The notes under the pieces were generated by a model. That model was not told the origin of the DNA. It was given only the letters and a program-made list of their open reading frames with translations, and did no database searches. The translations under genes and the position numbers were made by a program. From the NCBI GenBank assembly GCA_042570605.1, contig JBHPGK010000003.1, forward strand, positions 1-55,997: a stretch of 55,997 bases of DNA, given 5' to 3'. This DNA comes from Candidatus Zhuqueibacterota bacterium (lineage in GTDB: Bacteria; SM23-31; JBHPGK01). Below are positions 37,273 through 47,748 of this stretch, one piece after another. Position 1 is the stretch's first letter, and every line of letters starts with the position of its first letter.

Positions 37273-38840
37273 AGGAAAGGAATAAGAATTACTTCTATCC
37301 TCCTGTTCTTTGTCCTTCCTTCTTCTGTAGAATTATCGGCAATCGGTCTCGACTGCCCATAACCCACGGCTTTTATTTTGTTCTTCTTAATATCCGAATT
37401 TGATAGAATAAATTTTCTTACACTTTCTGCCCGTTTCTGAGAAAGGACATTATTATTACTCATTCTCCCTTTAGAGTCGGTATGACCCTCGATTATTACC
37501 GAGCAGTTCGGAAATTCGTTGATCGCACTGACAACTTTATTCAGGATTGTATGATGTGACCGTAATATATCCGATTTACTTGAAGGAAAAACAATACCGT
37601 ACAACCTGTAAATGATGTTATTTCCTACTTTGTATGTTTCACCTTCATTTTTGTTGAAAAGATTTTCAACAATCTCGTATTTTTCTTTTTTTAGCTGCCA
37701 GGTATCTATCACAGCCTGCAGGCTGTCCAGTCTTCCCTGTGTCTCGGTAAGCTGCTGTTCTCTTAATTTCTTTATATCTTCATTCAGGTTATAGACCTGC
37801 TGCCGGAAGGATGTGTTTTCCTCAGCGAGTATTCTTTTAGAATTCCGGTTGCTCTGGATTTCGTCAATTATCCTCTGCCTGATACTCTGATTTGGATCCT
37901 GAGGTAACTGTAATACATTAACAAGTTCATTTATAAATCTGTTCAGCTCACTCCCAATGTCTTCCTTTCCCGCAGAAGCTTCATAGAACTTTTCTGCCAG
38001 TATTTCTATAGGAGCTTTTAATCCGTTGTCGAATCTCACACCTGTTTTTAATTTTTTTGCCAGATCATAAATGTTATTTTCAAATTCAAGAATAACATCT
38101 TCAAAAGTATTTTCGTTGTCATTTAGAGTTTTAATGTAATTTGCAAGATGAATTGCATGTCTGGCTTCATATTCTGCCTGTACGGCATGTTTTTTTGCCT
38201 CACTTTTATCATACCTGTCTTTATCGAGGATGCGGTTAGCCTGTCTTATGGATGGCATTATGTTATTAAATGATTTTAGGGCATAATAATCAGCCATTGC
38301 CTGTTTTGCATCTTCATATAATTGTTCAGCAGTACCGACAATATCCTGTTTAATTGCGAGAAGTTCAATCTCATTAAAAATATCCTCCGCTTCAATCCCT
38401 CTGGATGAAGCCTTTTTCAAATCTCCTTTTTCAGCTTCAGTAAAAGCTTCCCTGAATTTGGTTTCTGCCAGGTTGAACCTGTCGGGGTATAATTTGTGTG
38501 AATTTACTTTGAGTGAGGCGTCTCTGGAGGAAATAAGTGTTAACAGGTGGTCCTTTGTCTTTTCTGAATTTGATATTGAGAGTGACAGGTACCTGAAAGC
38601 ATCTTTTAACTTGTTTTTGACTTCTTCAGAATTATTATTGTTTTGGATTTCTAATTGTGCTTCTTTGAATAATTTTTCGCCCTGTTCGAAATTCTGGGGG
38701 GAATATAGTGAGGCTTTATTGTCTAAAGCCCTTTGATAAATAGTCTCAACGTCTGAAAGTTTTCTCTCCTGGGTAAAGCCGATGCTTGATATTGAAAAGA
38801 CTAAAACCCAGGAGAGAATACTTAATATATGTTTTTTCAT
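37269..38840 (-). CDS. OmpA-family peptidoglycan-binding protein with a long helical N-terminal region
   Basis: Signal peptide; IEGHTDSKG..NNVLSQKRAESV..GYGQSRPIADN..NRRIEV. Confidence 0.9.
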   Translation of the reverse strand: MKKHILSILSWVLVFSISSIGFTQERKLSDVETIYQRALDNKASLYSPQNFEQGEKLFKEAQLEIQNNNNSEEVKNKLKDAFRYLSLSISNSEKTKDHLLTLISSRDASLKVNSHKLYPDRFNLAETKFREAFTEAEKGDLKKASSRGIEAEDIFNEIELLAIKQDIVGTAEQLYEDAKQAMADYYALKSFNNIMPSIRQANRILDKDRYDKSEAKKHAVQAEYEARHAIHLANYIKTLNDNENTFEDVILEFENNIYDLAKKLKTGVRFDNGLKAPIEILAEKFYEASAGKEDIGSELNRFINELVNVLQLPQDPNQSIRQRIIDEIQSNRNSKRILAEENTSFRQQVYNLNEDIKKLREQQLTETQGRLDSLQAVIDTWQLKKEKYEIVENLFNKNEGETYKVGNNIIYRLYGIVFPSSKSDILRSHHTILNKVVSAINEFPNCSVIIEGHTDSKGRMSNNNVLSQKRAESVRKFILSNSDIKKNKIKAVGYGQSRPIADNSTEEGRTKNRRIEVILIPFL

Positions 38841-38869
38841 ACTTAACCAGGCTTATTTAATAAAATATC

Positions 38870-40210
38870 TCAGAACAGCTTCTTTATATTGCTGAATACA
38901 TCTTTATTGTTCCTGATAATTTCATATAGGTTAAGTTTTTCATTAGATATCTTACCGATGCTGGGTAGTGGTACTCCCGGCAGTGCATTAAGATCAACTA
39001 ATGGAATACTTGCATTAAATTCAGCATTTATTGTTTTAATAAATTCGTTCGCAATTATTCCGTAGCCTTTACTTGTCGGATGAACACCGTCAAGGCTGAA
39101 TATCCCGCCCGTAATGAAATCGGTTGTTAATTCCTGACCTGCATAATACAGTCCATCAGAGTCAATATCGCTAAATATCCCGTTTGCATCAACAACAGGT
39201 ATATCATATTGTGCTGCAATTGTACTAATTATAGAATTCAAAGTGTTCACATGCGAAGAGATCGCTGATAATTCAGCTGATGTGAGAAAAGCTGCATCCG
39301 GAAGTGGCAGATCCAGTCCGCCGAGAGCAGCCGGAATCCCATATCCAGCTTCAGCATAAGCAATAGCACTCAGTAAAACTTTATCATTTGCAGACACTCC
39401 AAGATATAAATAAGGAGATGAAGCACCTGTTGTTGGATCAGGAATATAGGGCTCAAGAGTATTAACATACGGAATCGCACCTACATCAGGGATGTTGGCG
39501 AGTACGATCTTTGTATTGGGAAGTGCAGCCTGAATCGTTGCGATGGTACCAGCTAAATTCAACTGAAGCATTTCTGATGGTATCAGTTTTGTGATCGATC
39601 CGTAAACTGCTGCACCAAGAACATCATTGGCACCGATCCAGATAGTTATAAAAGTAGGCTGTAATGCTATGGCTGCTTCAACAGCAGTTAGTGCTACTGC
39701 CGGGTCTGCAGAAGTGTTTCTCAATATCAGATCAATTAATGGATTCTCCCCTGAACCGGTGTAAGTATAAGAAAAATTTGTTGTAGCATTAAAAGCATTG
39801 AACAGATCATAACTTGTTATCCCCGGGATACCCAGATTGTTGTATGGCCGTGCCAGAGTCAAATTAAGCGGGGTACCTGTAGGATCACTTATTGCAATAG
39901 TCAGCGGGCTGACAGCCGTCAGCTCCATGAGTCCTGTACCAAGACCGGGATACCCGATCAATGGCTGCTCAAATGAGGAAACACCAGCCTGTCTGGCGAT
40001 CAGGTTAGGGTAGCTGTTCATCTGAAATTCCTGCATAATATTACCTGCCTGTACTCCGGCAGTTAAAGAATTACCGAGCGCAACATATGTACTGAAATCC
40101 GCATCTCCGGTGTCTCCGGCAGGCCGCGTGATCAGATCATCGTTTTTTGCACAGGAAAAAACGATAAATACGCTTAAAACGGCTAATATTGTAAATTTAT
40201 ATAACTTCAT
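38870..40210 (-). CDS. SGNH/GDSL hydrolase lipoprotein
   Basis: Lipobox VFS-C; ALGNSLTAG (block I), NNLGIPG, WIGAND, SLDGVHP. Confidence 0.88.
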   Translation of the reverse strand: MKLYKFTILAVLSVFIVFSCAKNDDLITRPAGDTGDADFSTYVALGNSLTAGVQAGNIMQEFQMNSYPNLIARQAGVSSFEQPLIGYPGLGTGLMELTAVSPLTIAISDPTGTPLNLTLARPYNNLGIPGITSYDLFNAFNATTNFSYTYTGSGENPLIDLILRNTSADPAVALTAVEAAIALQPTFITIWIGANDVLGAAVYGSITKLIPSEMLQLNLAGTIATIQAALPNTKIVLANIPDVGAIPYVNTLEPYIPDPTTGASSPYLYLGVSANDKVLLSAIAYAEAGYGIPAALGGLDLPLPDAAFLTSAELSAISSHVNTLNSIISTIAAQYDIPVVDANGIFSDIDSDGLYYAGQELTTDFITGGIFSLDGVHPTSKGYGIIANEFIKTINAEFNASIPLVDLNALPGVPLPSIGKISNEKLNLYEIIRNNKDVFSNIKKLF

Positions 40211-40230
40211 TTTCACCTCTTATGGTTTGG

Positions 40231-41499
40231 TTAAAATTGATATGAAAAAGTGGCTCCAAATAGAGTTGCAGTTGCCTGATAACTTCCGTTAAAATGCTCT
40301 ATACTGGTAGTTGTGGTTCTGTCAGCCATTATTATATAAAGGAAAAATGCATCAACTGTAATGGAACCGGCTTTGTAACCTACACCAAAATTTAAACCGT
40401 CTCTATCAACATCCGGGAGCATAGGTTCAAGGTAATCATCCTGAACCGGTGAAGGATCATAATAATAACCGCCTCTAAGTGTATATGTTTCGTTCAATTT
40501 ATATTCAGCTCCGAATCTAAGCTGAGTTACATCCTTGTAATTCTTTGGTGAATCGACACTTTGAATAGCAGCTGTTTCGGTTTCAAATGTTATAGGTAAT
40601 TTATCGTAAGATGACCATCCGAACATCATCACATCAAACTCAACTCCGAGCTTTTCATTTACCTCATAACCCAATCCTAACGTTAGGATGCTCGGCATTG
40701 TGATTTCAGTACTTCCCTTAACTTCCGGGAAAAGAGAGGCAAGCTCACCTCTGACATATGGATTATTAGCAATACCGGGATTATTCATATTGAATGTAAC
40801 GACACCATCTCCATCACTGAAATCCACCTTTACTGTACTCCTGTAAGCAACACCGAGGGATATCTTGTCTTTCCGGTACTGCAGACCGAAATTATAACCC
40901 ATACCTGTGCCGTCAGCTTCAAGGCCGAAGATTCCGTCGATCGATCGCGGAGAATAATTTACAGCCTTCTTAATAGTTGCAGTTCCATAAACATAATTAA
41001 AACCGGCTGCAACTGAGAAGTTCTCATTGATTTTATAGACTCCTACAGGATTAAAGTAAAAGGTCATCAGATCTGCTTTTGTTACCATATACCTGCCCGA
41101 CCAGTCTTCTCCCCAGTCAACGCCTAATCCGAAAGGAGTAAAAATACCGAATCCGAATCCGAACTTTTTACTGAGTTTTTTGTAGAAGTAGAAATCCGTG
41201 GGAAAAAAGACCTGATTTTTCGCTTCAGAAACGCCGTAATACGGAGTAGGTCCCGTGAATTTGGCAGTTGGCAGGATAAATGTTGTCCCCAGACTGATAT
41301 GCGTCCCTTCAAGATGAGCAAGACCTGCAGGATTGTAAAAAATACAAGTAACATCATCACCTCTGGCTGCGAAAGCGCTTGCCAAAGCAGAAGCTCTGGC
41401 GCCATGTTCATAGATATTGAATCCCCCCGCGAAAGAACTTCCATAGCTCAACAAAATTATTAATATAATAATGCTGATATTTTTTGAACACCTTACCAT
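40231..41499 (-). CDS. fadL: FadL/OmpP1 long-chain fatty acid outer-membrane transporter
   Basis: GGFNIYEHGA, FYNPAGL, PFGL, C-terminal YQF; start ATG 41499 with GGAGG RBS. Confidence 0.88.
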   Translation of the reverse strand: MVRCSKNISIIILIILLSYGSSFAGGFNIYEHGARASALASAFAARGDDVTCIFYNPAGLAHLEGTHISLGTTFILPTAKFTGPTPYYGVSEAKNQVFFPTDFYFYKKLSKKFGFGFGIFTPFGLGVDWGEDWSGRYMVTKADLMTFYFNPVGVYKINENFSVAAGFNYVYGTATIKKAVNYSPRSIDGIFGLEADGTGMGYNFGLQYRKDKISLGVAYRSTVKVDFSDGDGVVTFNMNNPGIANNPYVRGELASLFPEVKGSTEITMPSILTLGLGYEVNEKLGVEFDVMMFGWSSYDKLPITFETETAAIQSVDSPKNYKDVTQLRFGAEYKLNETYTLRGGYYYDPSPVQDDYLEPMLPDVDRDGLNFGVGYKAGSITVDAFFLYIIMADRTTTTSIEHFNGSYQATATLFGATFSYQF

Positions 41500-41767
41500 G
41501 TAACCCTCCTCTAAGTAAGTTATTGTTGATTTGCCCACAAAGATAAATAAATGTTTGGCAAAATGCAAACAGATTTTTTCCAATATTGAGCATAAATTCG
41601 GAATAAGTAATTATAAATTTGAAAAAATGCGGATAATTTCATGTTCGCCCTTAGGAATAACCCTTGAATTCTATTTTAAGTCCAGATTTAATTTGATGAT
41701 TTTGTTGTTTAATAAAAGCTATAAAATATTTATATTATAGTACATTGTCTTGTACATTGGAGGATTA

Positions 41768-42646
41768 ATGTCAATAGGTATATTATATGAGTCTGATGAA
41801 TGGTCTAACTGGAGAATAAAAAACCTTATTGAGAGCCATGGTATAAAAACAAACTATATCTACATTGAGAATTTTAAATTGAGCGGCGGCAAATTTCCTG
41901 ATCGTTTGTATATTAACAGAGTGTTCCCAAGTGCCGGGATGAGGGGAAATAATAAGGCGTTAAAAAACACATCCGGTATTTTGGAGGTTTTGAATAATTT
42001 AAAGATCCCTGTCATCAATTCATTTAATGCTTTTCTTTATGACTGCAGTAAGGTTAAAACATATGACAAGTTATTAGGAATTAAAATTAATATCCCTGAA
42101 TATTATTTTATTGGTGATTTAAAAAGCATTAATTCCTTTATAAAAAAAATAAGTTTTCCGGCTGTGCTAAAAAAAGACTGCGGCGGCAGGTCTTTTGACC
42201 TGAATATTATCAGAAATGCCGGTGATCTACAGAAATTAAATATTAAAATTGAATCTGATTGCTGGATTATACAGGAATTTATCGAACCTGTTAAGGAATT
42301 TACTACCAGGGTTGAAATTGTAGATGGTAAAATAATGACAGTTCTTAAAAGGTATCTGGGTAAAGGTGGTGTCAGCAGTTATTCTACTGCATCAAGGTAT
42401 GAAGTCTATAATGATTGTCCATTAGATATTAAAGAGGATTCAATAAAAATTATGAACTTTCTTGAAATTGAGATGGGAAGCATTGATTTTATTGAAACTG
42501 AATCAGGTATAAATTATGTTATTGATGTAAATGCGACATCAAATTTTACACCGGATTATATTCCACTTCTGGGATTTGATCCTGTAGAAAAAATGGTTGA
42601 ATATATCCTGAAAAAATATAAAATTATACAAAAAGGAGAAAAGTAA
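41768..42646 (+). CDS. RimK/LysX-like ATP-grasp ligase
   Basis: INRV, PVINS..CSK, FPAVLK..GG, IIQEFIEP, IDF..VIDVNATSN; GGAGG before ATG 41768. Confidence 0.8.
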   Translation: MSIGILYESDEWSNWRIKNLIESHGIKTNYIYIENFKLSGGKFPDRLYINRVFPSAGMRGNNKALKNTSGILEVLNNLKIPVINSFNAFLYDCSKVKTYDKLLGIKINIPEYYFIGDLKSINSFIKKISFPAVLKKDCGGRSFDLNIIRNAGDLQKLNIKIESDCWIIQEFIEPVKEFTTRVEIVDGKIMTVLKRYLGKGGVSSYSTASRYEVYNDCPLDIKEDSIKIMNFLEIEMGSIDFIETESGINYVIDVNATSNFTPDYIPLLGFDPVEKMVEYILKKYKIIQKGEK

Positions 42647-43179
42647 TGTCCGGTGGGAAAAAAAGCATCGACAGTCTGCAATTTTCTACGAGAAAAAATG
42701 AACTCCAAAATATTAACCTTTTAGTTAATGAATTTGGTGATTCTGCTTTCAGGGTAATCGGAAATTATTATTTTAACACCGGTTATGAGGCGGGATTTGA
42801 GAGATTGACAAAATTGATAGAGAATAAACGATTTTCTTATGAAAAATTCAAAAAAGATCCGGTGAAAGGGATCTCAGATTTTCTGCATGGCTACTTTAAA
42901 GACCGGGGAGGCAACCTGCCGAAAGTATGGTCAGAAGATAATACGGTCTTTTTAATGACTGAGATCGGTGTCACCTGTATTACAATTGAAGCTGAAAAGG
43001 AAGTGAGTGTACCCCACAGGGATATCTGTAATATATACTGCAGGGCATTTGTAAAGGGAATGGTAAATATCTTTGAGGATTTTTACCCTGGGATCACAAT
43101 CAATTTTTACAATGCAGGCTCCCGCAGGGATAAAGTAAAAAAGGACTGCATCGAAGCGTTTCAGGTTATTATTGCCTGA
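42646..43179 (+). CDS. Hypothetical protein with a spaced Cys pattern (V4R/ATC-hydrolase-like)
   Basis: Coupled to the ATP-grasp gene (TAATG overlap); C..CxxxC..C spacing; fold assignment tentative. Confidence 0.55.
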   Translation: MSGGKKSIDSLQFSTRKNELQNINLLVNEFGDSAFRVIGNYYFNTGYEAGFERLTKLIENKRFSYEKFKKDPVKGISDFLHGYFKDRGGNLPKVWSEDNTVFLMTEIGVTCITIEAEKEVSVPHRDICNIYCRAFVKGMVNIFEDFYPGITINFYNAGSRRDKVKKDCIEAFQVIIA

Positions 43180-43310
43180 AATGAAAAATTCTTTTCAACT
43201 TCATATATAATTTCATGTTAGCCGGTATCATTAAGAATTTGATTTGAAATTTTCCTGAATAGTGTTAAATTTAATCCTTTAAAATTATTCAATAAAATGA
43301 TTAATGACAG

Positions 43311-44396
43311 ATGAACATATCTAAAAGAACTTCAACAATATTTCATTTAATTCTGCTGCTTGTTTTACTTTACCTTTTCTTTTTAAGTATTCAATTGATG
43401 AGCCATTCTCTCAAACTTTTCGGAAAAGATTTTGCAGCAGATCTAATCGCTACCACATCAAATCCTATTGTTGGGTTGTTTATAGGAATTCTTACCACAA
43501 GTTTGATCCAGAGTTCATCAACAACGACTTCAATTCTTGTTACTCTTGTTGCAAGTGGTGCAATGACAATTGAAAATGCTATCCCGATAGTCATGGGAGC
43601 AAATATTGGTACGACTATTACAAATATTCTGGTATCAATGGCTCATATCACGAGGGGGCAGGAATTCAAAAGAGCTTTTGCCGCATCAGTTGTTCATGAT
43701 ATGTTTAATATAATTGCAGTTGCAATAATTTTACCAATACATTTATTTACAAATTTTCTATATGATTCAGCTACATTCCTGGGAAAAATATTCGAGAATA
43801 TCGGTGGATTAAAATTTGCCAGCCCTATTAAAGTTATCACCAGTCCCGTAATTGAACTCCTGAGTAAAATTACTTTTGAAAACGGGATAGTAACTTTAAT
43901 TCTATCCCTGGTTTTTCTTTTTATAGCATTAAAATATCTTGTTTCTACGATAAAAGTACTTGTTATTGCAAAAGTTGAAGCAGTATTTGATAAAGTTATC
44001 TTTAAAAATGCAGCAATTGCAATGTTTTTTGGGTTTTTATTAACTGCTGTTGTCCAGAGCAGCTCTATTACTACTTCTCTTATTGTACCACTTGCAGGTG
44101 CCGGTATTTTAACTGTATACCAGATATTTCCTTATACTTTAGGGACAAATGTTGGAACAACTGTTACGGCATTAATGGCAGCGCTCGCTACTAATAATGT
44201 CTCTGCTGTTATCGTTGCATGTGCTCATTTTCTATTTAATATATCAGGAATTATTATTATTTGGCCAATAAGAAAAATACCCATATTTTTGGCAATAAAA
44301 TTTGCAGAAATTGGAACGGAAAGAAAAGTATTAGCTGTTACATATGTTATAGCGGCTTATTTTTTAATTCCAATATTATTAATATATATATTTTAG
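43311..44396 (+). CDS. Na+/Pi cotransporter (NptA/SLC34 family), copy 1
   Basis: Two QSSS repeats, MGANIGTTITN, VHDMFN, LGTNVGTT. Confidence 0.92.
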   Translation: MNISKRTSTIFHLILLLVLLYLFFLSIQLMSHSLKLFGKDFAADLIATTSNPIVGLFIGILTTSLIQSSSTTTSILVTLVASGAMTIENAIPIVMGANIGTTITNILVSMAHITRGQEFKRAFAASVVHDMFNIIAVAIILPIHLFTNFLYDSATFLGKIFENIGGLKFASPIKVITSPVIELLSKITFENGIVTLILSLVFLFIALKYLVSTIKVLVIAKVEAVFDKVIFKNAAIAMFFGFLLTAVVQSSSITTSLIVPLAGAGILTVYQIFPYTLGTNVGTTVTALMAALATNNVSAVIVACAHFLFNISGIIIIWPIRKIPIFLAIKFAEIGTERKVLAVTYVIAAYFLIPILLIYIF

Positions 44397-44428
44397 GTAA
44401 TTTATGTGTTTATTAATTGGAGGTTTAA

Positions 44429-45112
44429 GTGATGGTATTTAGTAAAATAATAGATATATTCCGCAAGGAAAATCTGTTAATGCAGGCTTATGAGTTAAGC
44501 TATAAGATGCTTGAAATGGATCTGGAGATGTTCAAAAAATCAGTTTCATTTTTAAGAAAAAGTACTGGAAAAGAATTCGATTTTGATATTTATGCTTATG
44601 ATAAGAAGATCAATGAATATGAACGGGATGTCAGAAAAAAAGTAATGACTCATCTCGCTCTTTCCAATCCAACTGATGTTTCTCCGTCTTTAATTCTGAT
44701 TAGTATAATTATTGATGTTGAGAGAATAGGTGATTACACTAAGAATATTACGGAATTAGCTGTAAACTATCCAGATAACCTTGAAGGCGGTAAGTATGAA
44801 CAGACCCTTGCTGATATTGAAATAAAACTGACAAAGAATTTTGAGAACGTAATTTCCTGCTTCAAAAATTACAACATTAATATTGCTAAGAAAATTATGG
44901 ATGAAAATGCGCTTATTAATAAAGAGATTAATAAGATACTTGTAAAGTTGATGAAAAAAGAAAATTCCGATTTTTCTACCCGGGAAGGGATTGTGCTTGC
45001 ATTATATTTCCGTTTTTTGAAGCGGATCAGCTCACATGTTAAAAATGTTGCATCCGGTATCGTTAATCCTTTTCATAAAATCGGCTTTAAAGCTGAAGAG
45101 ATCGAAAATTAA
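44429..45112 (+). CDS. PhoU-domain protein, copy 1
   Basis: DKKINEYERDVR, DVERIGDYTKNI, KRISSHVKNV. Confidence 0.85.
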   Translation: MMVFSKIIDIFRKENLLMQAYELSYKMLEMDLEMFKKSVSFLRKSTGKEFDFDIYAYDKKINEYERDVRKKVMTHLALSNPTDVSPSLILISIIIDVERIGDYTKNITELAVNYPDNLEGGKYEQTLADIEIKLTKNFENVISCFKNYNINIAKKIMDENALINKEINKILVKLMKKENSDFSTREGIVLALYFRFLKRISSHVKNVASGIVNPFHKIGFKAEEIEN

Positions 45113-45245
45113 ATTTTAACCTTCAGTACCAGCCCGGACAAAAACAAATTTCTGATTTTTAACAAAAATATTTTTTGAATTGTTTGGTTTTTTCATAAAA
45201 AATCATATATTAAAAATTCAAAGTATTTAAGAAAATTTTCACAAT

Positions 45246-46331
45246 ATGGAAATACCGCAAGGATACAAAACCCTATTAAGAATATTCTTTCTGCTTTTCT
45301 CTATTTATCTTTTCTTTTTAAGTATAACTTTATTAGGTAATTCATTAAAGTTTCTTGGAGAGGGATTTGCAGAAAATTTAATGATAACTACTTCAAGTCC
45401 GTTTATTGGTTTGTTTATCGGCATTCTTTGTACCAGTATTATTCAGAGTTCATCTACAACAACTTGTATTTTAATCGGAATAGTTAGCGGTGGTGCGATA
45501 TCGGTTGAAAATGCGATTTACATTGTTATGGGTGCAAATATCGGTACAACAGTTACAAATGGCTTGGTTTCATTAGCTCATATATCGCGAAATCAGGAGT
45601 TCAGGAGGGCTTTCTCCGCTTCAGTAGTCCATGACTTTTTTAATATAATGGCGGTTATTATAATATTTCCATTCCAGTATTTTACTAATTTTCTGGGCAA
45701 AACGGCTGGTTATTTAGGAAACCTTTTTGAAAATGCCGGAGGTTTGAAATTTGCCAATCCGATAAAAGTAATTACGGAACCGGTTAATGGAGTTATTGAA
45801 AATCTGGCAAGTCAAAACGGCATATTGCTCATTATAATTTCTCTATTCATTTTGTTTTTTGCATTGAGAAATATGGTAAAAACTATAAAAAAGCTGGTAA
45901 TTGATAAAGTAGAAAACCTTTTTGATAAAGTGATTTTTAATACTCCCATTAGAGCATTTTTATTCGGGCTTGTTCTAACAGCTGTAGTTCAAAGCAGTTC
46001 TATTACCATATCATTAGTAATTCCATTGGCAGGTGCCGGAGTGTTGACTTTATATCAGGTTTTTCCCTACGCACTGGGCGCAAATTTAGGTACTACAGTA
46101 ACAGCTTTACTTGCTGCTTGTGCAAGTAATAATATTTCTGCAATAGTTGTGGCATTTGCACATCTTATATTTAATTTCACAGGGATTTTAGTAATTTATC
46201 CATTCAGGAAAATCCCGATATTTTTAGCCAAGAAATTTGCTGAAAAAAGTACTGAAAAGAAATATTTTGTTATAGCCTATATAATTACCTTGTTTTTCAT
46301 CATACCGGTTCTATTGATATATTTATTTTAA
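45246..46331 (+). CDS. Na+/Pi cotransporter (NptA/SLC34 family), copy 2
   Basis: Two QSSS repeats, MGANIGTTVTN, VHDFFN. Confidence 0.92.
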   Translation: MEIPQGYKTLLRIFFLLFSIYLFFLSITLLGNSLKFLGEGFAENLMITTSSPFIGLFIGILCTSIIQSSSTTTCILIGIVSGGAISVENAIYIVMGANIGTTVTNGLVSLAHISRNQEFRRAFSASVVHDFFNIMAVIIIFPFQYFTNFLGKTAGYLGNLFENAGGLKFANPIKVITEPVNGVIENLASQNGILLIIISLFILFFALRNMVKTIKKLVIDKVENLFDKVIFNTPIRAFLFGLVLTAVVQSSSITISLVIPLAGAGVLTLYQVFPYALGANLGTTVTALLAACASNNISAIVVAFAHLIFNFTGILVIYPFRKIPIFLAKKFAEKSTEKKYFVIAYIITLFFIIPVLLIYLF

Positions 46332-46347
46332 GAAGGAGGGTTTTACA

Positions 46348-47037
46348 TTGTTATTCAATAAAATACTTGATATTTTCCGAAAGGAAAATTTGTTGATGCA
46401 GGCATACGAGTTAAGTTATAAGATGCTTGAAATGGATCTGGAGATGTTCAAAAAATCAGTTTCATTTTTAAGAAAAAGCATTGGAAAAGAATTCGATTTT
46501 GATATTTATGCCTATGATAAGAAGATCAACGAATATGAACGTGATGTAAGAAAAAAGGTCATGACTCATCTCGCTTTTTCTAATCCAACTGATGTTGCTC
46601 CATCTTTGATATTAATTAGTATAATAATCAATATTGAAAGAATAGGGGATTATACGAAGAATATTTCAGAGTTGGCAGTTAATTATCCTATGACCCTTGA
46701 AGGAGGTAAATACGAAGAAATGTTAGAAAATATTGAGACAAATCTTACTAAGAATTTTAAGGATCTTATTTCTTGTTTTAAAAAGTATAATATTAAGGTA
46801 GCTAAAGAAATAATGGATGATAATGCACAGATTAACAAAAAAATTAATGATATTTTAGATGAAATGACAAAGGAAGAAAAGAGCGAATTTAGTACGAGAG
46901 AAGGAATTGTTCTTGCATTATATTTCCGTTTTTTAAAGAGGATCAGTTCCCATGTTAAAAACGTAGCATCCAGTATTGTTAATCCTTTCCATAAAATCGG
47001 CTTTAAAGCTGAAGAGATAGAAGGAAATCTAAAATAA
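46348..47037 (+). CDS. PhoU-domain protein, copy 2
   Basis: Close paralogue of 44429-45112; TTG start with GGAGG RBS. Confidence 0.85.
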   Translation: MLFNKILDIFRKENLLMQAYELSYKMLEMDLEMFKKSVSFLRKSIGKEFDFDIYAYDKKINEYERDVRKKVMTHLAFSNPTDVAPSLILISIIINIERIGDYTKNISELAVNYPMTLEGGKYEEMLENIETNLTKNFKDLISCFKKYNIKVAKEIMDDNAQINKKINDILDEMTKEEKSEFSTREGIVLALYFRFLKRISSHVKNVASSIVNPFHKIGFKAEEIEGNLK

Positions 47038-47100
47038 CATTTTTTCCGGTTTTACAGCTTCTGGCAAACATATTATAGCTTCTGAAATATATTTAGTTTA

Positions 47101-47139
47101 AAATAAAAAAGGCTTGTTTAGAATCAAGCCTTTTTATTT
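47101..47139. terminator. Bidirectional terminator between convergent operons
   Basis: AAAAAAGGCTTG-loop-CAAGCCTTTTT. Confidence 0.75.
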
Positions 47140-47158
47140 ACTGAAGTATAGAATTTCA

Positions 47159-47746
47159 TCAAATATCTTTTGTGATTTTATTCCAGAACAAAATATCATC
47201 AAGTTTCCGTTTGGGCACATGCATGATCCCCTTTTCGTCCTTCCAGTATTTTATAGAATCAGCCAATTCTTCCATAACCGACTCTTCTTTAGGATATCCG
47301 AGAGAGACTACAGAATCGATATCATATTGTTCGGGAATATTTAATATTTTTTTTATTTCGGGTCTGTCAACAGCTTTCATCCAGCATGAACCGATATTTT
47401 CTGCAACTGCTGCCAATAGGATGTTCTCGACAGCAGCCCCGGCGTCACTCTCAGGAGTCACACGCCTAATATCATTATCGATACAAACAACAATATATGC
47501 TGTCGGCCGTTCGTCAATTTCCGGATTACCACCCGGAGCAAGGTATGCCGCCCACTTGACGTGAGCAAATATCTTTTTAAGATACTCTTCCTCGTTTACC
47601 ACGATAAACTTCAGCGGCTGCATATTTGAGCCTGAAGGTGCTATTCTTGCAGTATTGATCAGTTTTTTTAAAATGTCTTCAGGTATCGGTTTCTGCTGAA
47701 ATTTTCTTATGGTTCTTCTCTTATTTATTACTTCATATATATCCAT
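47159..47746 (-). CDS. Nitroreductase family flavoprotein
   Basis: RRTIRKF, APSGSNMQP, DAGAAVENILLAA..IGSCW, LGYP, KRKL. Confidence 0.92.
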   Translation of the reverse strand: MDIYEVINKRRTIRKFQQKPIPEDILKKLINTARIAPSGSNMQPLKFIVVNEEEYLKKIFAHVKWAAYLAPGGNPEIDERPTAYIVVCIDNDIRRVTPESDAGAAVENILLAAVAENIGSCWMKAVDRPEIKKILNIPEQYDIDSVVSLGYPKEESVMEELADSIKYWKDEKGIMHVPKRKLDDILFWNKITKDI

Positions 47747-47748
47747 AA

